A stretch of DNA of 55,305 nt, filler included, from Catajapyx aquilonaris (lineage: Eukaryota): the NCBI GenBank assembly GCA_000934665.2. It is 4 parts of 4 records of this genome, joined end to end, with 100 filler letters (N's around TTAATTAATTAA, not from the genome) between each part and the next. Parts side by side here need not be neighbours in the genome. Positions count along the whole stretch, not along the records: positions 41,574 to 55,305 come from JYFJ02008005.1; 3 more parts are not named here. The stretch is one strand, 5' to 3'. A model generated the notes under the pieces. The model made no database searches, was not told the origin of the DNA, and saw nothing but the letters and a program-made list of their open reading frames with translations. Positions 48,884 to 55,305 of this stretch are shown here, one piece after another. Each line of letters begins with the position of its first letter. The stretch's first letter is position 1. The position numbers and the translations under genes are program-made.

Positions 48884-51800
48884 CACTGATCTTGACAAGT
48901 GTTGAAATTTGCTATAACTATAATGCCACTATAGCACTCCACATTTATATGACATTCTGGTTGCGAGCCTCTTTTTTTGCGAATAATAGAAGGGCTCGGG
49001 AGAGAGAAATTTTGCCGGAAATATAGACGTGGTCATAAAGTGTTTGCTTCAACACGTGAAGTTTACATAATAATTGCTGGAAAGTCGTAAACTGCTTCCA
49101 GGATATGGGAGCATCTTGTTGCTATGCATACGGATGTGAGGGCGTAGTTATTACTTTGCTTGTGCATAATAGTCCAGACTCAGCTGCACGCGTCGCCAAA
49201 GTTACGTCGCATCAGGGTTGCATTTTTGACAATACTGAACATGTTTTCCGAAGATGCCTCGCATGTCTCTGAATAGTGTTTAAAGAATAACGGCGGCCAT
49301 TATACGAACAGAATGTACTATGCTGCAAGTGCGCTAACATGAATTTGAATCATAGAAGCATGTTGGGATTTCAAAGGTTCAGCCTCATATTTTATTATAA
49401 ACCAAAACTTGAACTAACTTGGTCACTGCTCCAGAAGTGGAAAGTGTTTATCTAGATAGCAACTAGTAAAAATTAATGTGTTACTTTTAACACAAGGGTC
49501 GAACTCATGTAGGTTACTTTTTTTTGCTGATCCTATACACACGCCTCCTTTTCTGGGCACTTGGACACTGTACCGCACCGCATAATATGTACTCAGAGGC
49601 GTGGCAATTTCCTTCATACACGTGTACTGAAAGATAGGCTGTTTTGCACGCAATATGTGTATCCAAGCCTGAATATTATTTTGCTAAAGACTCTTCACAC
49701 TAGATATTTTGCAATACTTCAAAGGTGATTGTTATCTTGTAAGTGGTCTAAAACAGGACGAAAGCAGGTAGAAGCAAAGTTGGATTACAACTGAATGAGT
49801 CACTTGTAACCCTGGGTTTGCAATCAGATGGGGGAAATTACATAATTTCGTATAGGCTGTGGCGTTCAGAAGGATCGTATAGCCTGATTTATGTTTCCAG
49901 ACAGAGGCACTTGGGGAAGTGGTATACACCCTGGGATCCACCTTCCTCTTCACGTGTTGCTCAGACCTAGTCACGAATTTTTTCGTGCACATTGCATTAC
50001 TTATACAACTGCTTCGTGACACGAGCATTGGTTACGTGGAATTTGGGCACTGACATGTGCCATTTTAATATGAAAGGCAAATCCTATTCATGATTGTCTA
50101 CCTTACCTACCTTAGTTTCAAGCAGATTCTCTGGAATGTCGTATAATAATTGGAATGCTGAACTATCAGAGTCATTCTTCTGACTGATCCCAAGATATGG
50201 CCACACAGGATGTGTCATAATGATTCAGACAAAATCCAGACAAGGGTTGAATCCCTGTCATGTGATGTAGATGGGATCCTGGGCCAGCTTCGTCACCTTT
50301 ATAATAAACGCAAATCACAAAGAGCATCTCCCCGTCCACTTCCTGTTACGTCAAATAAGTTCCCATTATTTAGATGCACCGGCAGTGTGCGTGGCATTGC
50401 CACCAGAGAGAGCCTGTGAAGGGATAGGGAAAGTCATCTGGTGAGCGTTATTTGGATGTATACTGCAGAAAGAAATTTTTGGCAAGTTTTAAAATGATCA
50501 CCATATGGAATAGCTAGCAACTTTTCACGATGCTGTACTTTCTCGCGATTTTTTAAAACAAATTCGTTGAAAAATTTGGAGAAGGAATGTTATATCTCAG
50601 ACCGGATGTCCAATATATTGGGCATCTCATTTTGCAAAATGTGATTGCAACAAAAAATATTAAATTATTCAAAATGGCTTCTACACCTCCCCTATATACA
50701 GAGGGTTCTTTCCTAAGTTTTACTAAATAATTGCACCAATGGCTTCTCGGGTCTCAGGAGTGTATGAAAAGAGGAGCAGTTTCATACGGAGCTGCTGCAC
50801 ATGGCACAAACAATATTTTGGACAAGAGCGTCACTGACTGACCTTCGATGATTGGTTTCAAGTCTGGAAAGGATTGGAAGAAAAAAAAATGCATTTTTAA
50901 AACTATAATCTCAGAAAAATAAATGGTTTCATTCGCTTCCTGAACATTAATTTCATAATTATAACATTGTGGACTAAGCATTTTGGCATGTTCCTCGACT
51001 AACGCCATTTTACACTCCTATTCGGCGCACCCTAGCGGCTGCTCATCCTTGAAATGACTGAAGGAGAATAACAGGATCCAGGGGGGAATAGCATTCACCT
51101 CGCACGCATTATGTGCTACGTTACTTCATTTTTGAGTCGTAACCATACATTCGCGTTTGAAGGCTCTTAATGAGCGTTTAACTATCCATTGCCCTTGCAC
51201 TTGTGCGTATTTGTGCTCACATCAGCCTACGACAAGTATTGTCCCAAGATTCCCATACTATTGACTGGTCCTTCGATGATTGTTTGCTGTTCCCGTGTTG
51301 ACGTGGACCGCATTTGAACTTGGGATATGTGTGGTGAGTATCACCCCCTTTTTGATCCGTATTAGCCAATGTTGATTACCTGGAATAGTGATTGCTGCAC
51401 TAGTTTCGCTGCCGTGATTTGTGGCATGTGTTTTGATTATCTGAGGTCATTATGTTCGGACTTAATTGTTTATTATTGCCCAAGTTATTTTTGAGCGATC
51501 TTGATTATGTGTCGGATTGATTGGATCATTGTCTTCTTGTGTTTATTGCTCTATTTATGGTCATTTTTGCTGCACAGCTTGGTGCTTCATTTTCTTACTA
51601 TTCTTTTGTGTATAATCATTGGCGATAGTGCGTTTAAAATGACGTAGAAACTCAACTCCAGTCGTCTATTTGTACGGCAACCATTTTCTAAGTAATTATT
51701 CACAGCCCACCCACCAATCAATCCTTGTCAGTTTATTCTCACGTAACAGAGTTGGTTCCATGCTGTTGACAGAGTTGACACTTTTGGCAATAGGCCTAGA

Positions 51801-52153
51801 TTGCTTGGACACACGCAAACGGACGTGTGAGTGTGTTATGTAACATTATAAGGCGTGATTGTGTGCTGCCTCGGCATCATGACAGGGAGGCGACGCGACG
51901 ACGGGAATCGCGCCCTGCCATTGTTGCAACGACCATTGTCGGATGACAGCCAACCTCAGCCCAAAGTGGTTGGTTTTGTGTCCAGGATTATTTTTATAGG
52001 TGGTGGAAAATATATTATTATCGCGAAATAAATTATGGAAATAAAAATGAAGGCGTGGATCATACGGTGTTATAGGAAATGGTGACATGGCCCAAAGTGA
52101 ATAGCATAATAAGCATCATTGCGCATTGCGGAAATTAGTATACCGATATCTGC

Positions 52154-53542
52154 TCATTTGTTCAGCATCATTTTCATCAATCCTGGGCATCTCTGGAAGA
52201 GAGTGAGACAAGGTGCCATTGTGAATAACTCTCCATCAGAAGGACACGCTTGTCTGTCCCATTCATCACTCACCTCCGTCATCACTTTTCTAAAGCATTT
52301 GGCCATCTTGGCATATCCCATGCAGTTTGGCAACTCTCTGTTGACTCGAGGAGCTGAGAAATGAGATGGGTCATTCCATGTGAAATAAACCATTAAAAAT
52401 AGTTTTCGACCCATCAACACTATCCACGCATGACAATGGAGATGTGTGTAGCCTATACGAGGCAAAATACTACTTTTCGTACCTGTAGTATGTTGCCTCG
52501 TGTAGGATACACATCTCCTAACTAAGTTAGTGTTAATCAATGCATAAATGTCAATTTCAATCTGAAGGAAATAAGGTCTGATGGAAGTTGACCAGGATTG
52601 GCCCAAGACATCACTCGACTGACCTTTTCCTTCCTTGGCACATTTTCTCCACAGTTCCCACATGGCCTCCTTCAACTCCCCGTCAGGCAGGGAATCCACC
52701 ATCGCCGTCACTTTCTCGGGTTGGAAGTAACCCTCCTTATTCATCTAATAATATTAATTACAATACTGAATGAATGAGTGACACGGTTCTGTCTCATTGC
52801 CATCTTCACAATTATTGATAACCTAGAGAGAGAGAGACTCTCCCTTCCGATTCATAGATGTGAAAATGAGTAGCCTAAATCATTGTCGTGTAACAAATAA
52901 TGACTCACCACTCCCAGTCCTTGTCCAATGCAGTCTGCCATGCACTATACATGGGGTGAGAAATGATAAGATGTACGGATTGCCTGCCTGCGAAGTACAT
53001 CGGGTGGTGGGAAAAGGTGGTTCAATTATCTCAAAATTCAACCCAGCAGGTTCGCACCTCTCTCACCACCACCCTCGTATATTGTTGCGAAATTGGCAAC
53101 AAACACTGACCAGTCTGTCTGTCCCGAATTCCTTGGAGCACTCAAGTGATGCTTGCACTGCTGGATGGCCCTGAGAAGGGGGATCGCACTCTCCCATCAC
53201 TCCAACCTGCTGATCCGAAATAAAAGCACGTACATTGCACGTTAGACATATTGTAAGCAATATTCAAGCCATGGCCAGACAAACAGAAGGGCAGTTGTTG
53301 AAAAGCGTCTTCCCAACATTGGTTGTTATACATAATGGTATATATGAAACACTTGTAAGGTTCAAACTATTAAGGAAGCAGTGAAGGATAATAGCCCAAC
53401 CTTTGTTGGAGGTCCAGCCCTCTAAGGTTCAAACTGTGCGCCTGAATCTAAACACTGCTGTGAAGAATATTAAATGCGTTTAAAAAGTCGAATTTACCGT
53501 GCATGTTAGCAGCAGAAATGCGGCGAGAAGGAGGGTTTGCAT
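52154..53542 (-). CDS. Odorant-binding protein (Plus-C-like), 6 exons; closest to 48119-48883
   Basis: MQTLLLAAFLLLTCT|QVGVMGECDPPSQGHPAVQASLECSKEFGTDRL|CMADCIGQGLGV|MNKEGYF...LWRKCAKEGK|APRVNRELPNCMGYAKMAKCFRKVMTE|RCPGLMKMMLNK*. Confidence 0.85.
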
Positions 53543-53808
53543 CTCTGATTCTCCAGTGGACACAACCTCCTCTCATGTGCTCTGAAAGTGCATCGTACAT
53601 AATTTTTATACTGATTTATGTCGTCACAAATGAGTTCGTCTATCACGCAATGTCGCTCGAGGGTATATGATTCGGTTTATGGGTCCAGAGCCAACACTTC
53701 TGGCAATTGCGCAAATTCTATTCACACGATTTGCGTGGCTCCCAATAAGGATGCTGTAAACCCTTGCCTTTATACGTGGAAAAGTCCATTTTTAGGCGTC
53801 CCCTGACT

Positions 53809-54043
53809 TTTTTATTATTATTGATATTAAGGAGGTTGGCCCAGCATTGCCTTTCAACCTCCAAGGATAGGGAAGGAAGGAAGCGGCTGTGGCCTATTAT
53901 ATGGAAACAACCCCGGAATTATCCTAGGAAGACCGTGGAAAACCACAGAAAACCACGGTCAGGGTTGCCGGCCCCGGGATTCGAACCCAGGACCTCCCGA
54001 TTAGCAGGCGGACGCCCTATGCACTATGCCAACCTGCTTCGGT
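53809..54043 (-). mobile_element. tRNA-derived SINE (short form)
   Basis: 14-bp TSD GGCGTCCCCTGACT at 53795-53808 and 54044-54057; A box TGGCATAGTG, B box GGTTCGAATCC; A-rich tail. Confidence 0.9.
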
Positions 54044-54988
54044 GGCGTCCCCTGACTGTGCTTCTTCAGGCAAAGGCTGGTCTGCTTTTCAAGCAATTAT
54101 TATTGCAAGTATCATATCGGGGACTAATTGCATTTATACACGCATTGAGTTTAGAATCATCCCAAACCGCCTAATGTGCTGGTCTTTCTTTCAGAATTTT
54201 GAAGGAGGAAGAAGTCAACAATTTATACGTTACATATATAGACGCGAGGTCGTGTTAGTACGATGGGTGGGCAACATCCTGCCACAGTTTGCATAGAATC
54301 ACCTACAGTGTGGACTGGTGCATTGTCACCTTTATAGACGTAGTGCACTGTTGCGTGGTGTAATATGCAAAAACGCCCCCCTTAATGTTCATTTTTTCCA
54401 GCACGTGGACTGGGCTAGACGGAAACTGTCCCTGATTAGACATTATATAATGGCAATAAATTATTAATTATTACTGGTTCGTGTCAAATGAAAGCACAAA
54501 TGGTAGCCTACCAAAAATTGAGATGTGAGATTGCCACGAGGGCAAATGAAGAAATGATGACCCACTGTCAGGGCATCATTATAGAGATCACGGATCACTG
54601 ATCCCCTAGCCATCACCTTTCAATCTTCAAGCGGCCATTATTGATTCATGCGAGTAGTCCAATAGGAACAAGAAGCAAATCACTGCCCTACCCGAACTAC
54701 CCTAAATTGCAAAAAAATGCACGCCCTATTGATTGCCATGTGCTTGATGTAAATTGAAAATTGATAGACACATAAATTAATAATAGAAATAATCCTTTTG
54801 CCAATAGAAAAAATCACCAAAATAACTGAAAACAAATAGTTGCATATTGCACATATTTGTTCAAAACTTATCATTATGACTTATGAGCTACATGGACGGT
54901 GTTACGCAATAATTTGTCAACCCACAAAATGTCAAAATTAAGCTAATCCCAGGACCATAATGGATCTTACTTAATTTAGTTAAAATCA

Positions 54989-55263
54989 CCCCTTACCGAA
55001 ATTTTCTCTACCTCTCGGCGAGGTCGTCAGACGAGCTTATGGCCACCCAACCGCATACTAGCGGTTGTTTCATTTGGCTATGTCGCGGGCGAAGTCGCGG
55101 CGAGGTGGCGGTCGGCGAGTTGGTCGCAAGGTGGCGGTGGCGAGGTAGTCGCGAGGTGCCCACCTCGCGACCACCTTGCCAGCCGAGGTATTCGCGAGGT
55201 ACCCACCACGCGACCACCTCGCCACTATATTGATATTATATATAAATTAATTTCGGTAAGGGG
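54989..55263. mobile_element. Small TIR element with subterminal GGCGAGGT repeats (EnSpm-like MITE)
   Basis: CCCCTTACCGAAATT / AATTTCGGTAAGGGG; internal direct and inverted (G/C)GCGAGGT motifs; TSD not evident. Confidence 0.65.
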
Positions 55264-55305
55264 ACCTCGTCATGACGAGCTAGCCGCTACTTGGCGCCGA
55301 GCAAG

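Noticed and set aside
53401..53445. Extra exon in the last OBP gene
   Set aside because: Phase-incompatible or stop-containing; exon 1 joins the next exon cleanly without it

Overview
Eukaryotic (arthropod, probably hexapod) genomic DNA. It is not one locus: four ~13.7-kb contigs (1-13787, 13888-27617, 27718-41473, 41574-55305) are joined by 100-bp N spacers carrying TTAATTAATTAA, so adjacency across spacers is meaningless. Contig 1: orphan histone H1 pseudogene (TATA, stem-loop and HDE intact), tRNA-derived SINEs, a broken Harbinger/ISL2EU-type transposase, a young non-coding LTR element with nested insertions, and an LRR gene. Contig 2: a damaged three-exon nanos gene with a large inverted duplication, a convergent PTP pseudogene fragment and MITEs. 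Contig 3: the 3' end of a Gypsy (CsRn1-like) element inserted in a mariner remnant, MITEs, a LINE tail and a PPM1G-like PP2C gene. Contig 4: four spliced Plus-C-like odorant-binding-protein genes around an intronless ionotropic receptor. Most striking: the Gypsy 3' LTR (~28406-28799) has a TATA box but no AATAAA. It instead carries two tandem canonical histone-mRNA 3' stem-loops plus an HDE-like purine tract at the same offset as in the host H1 gene, suggesting a retrotransposon that uses the SLBP/U7 histone 3'-end pathway. All calls are by eye; no searches were run.
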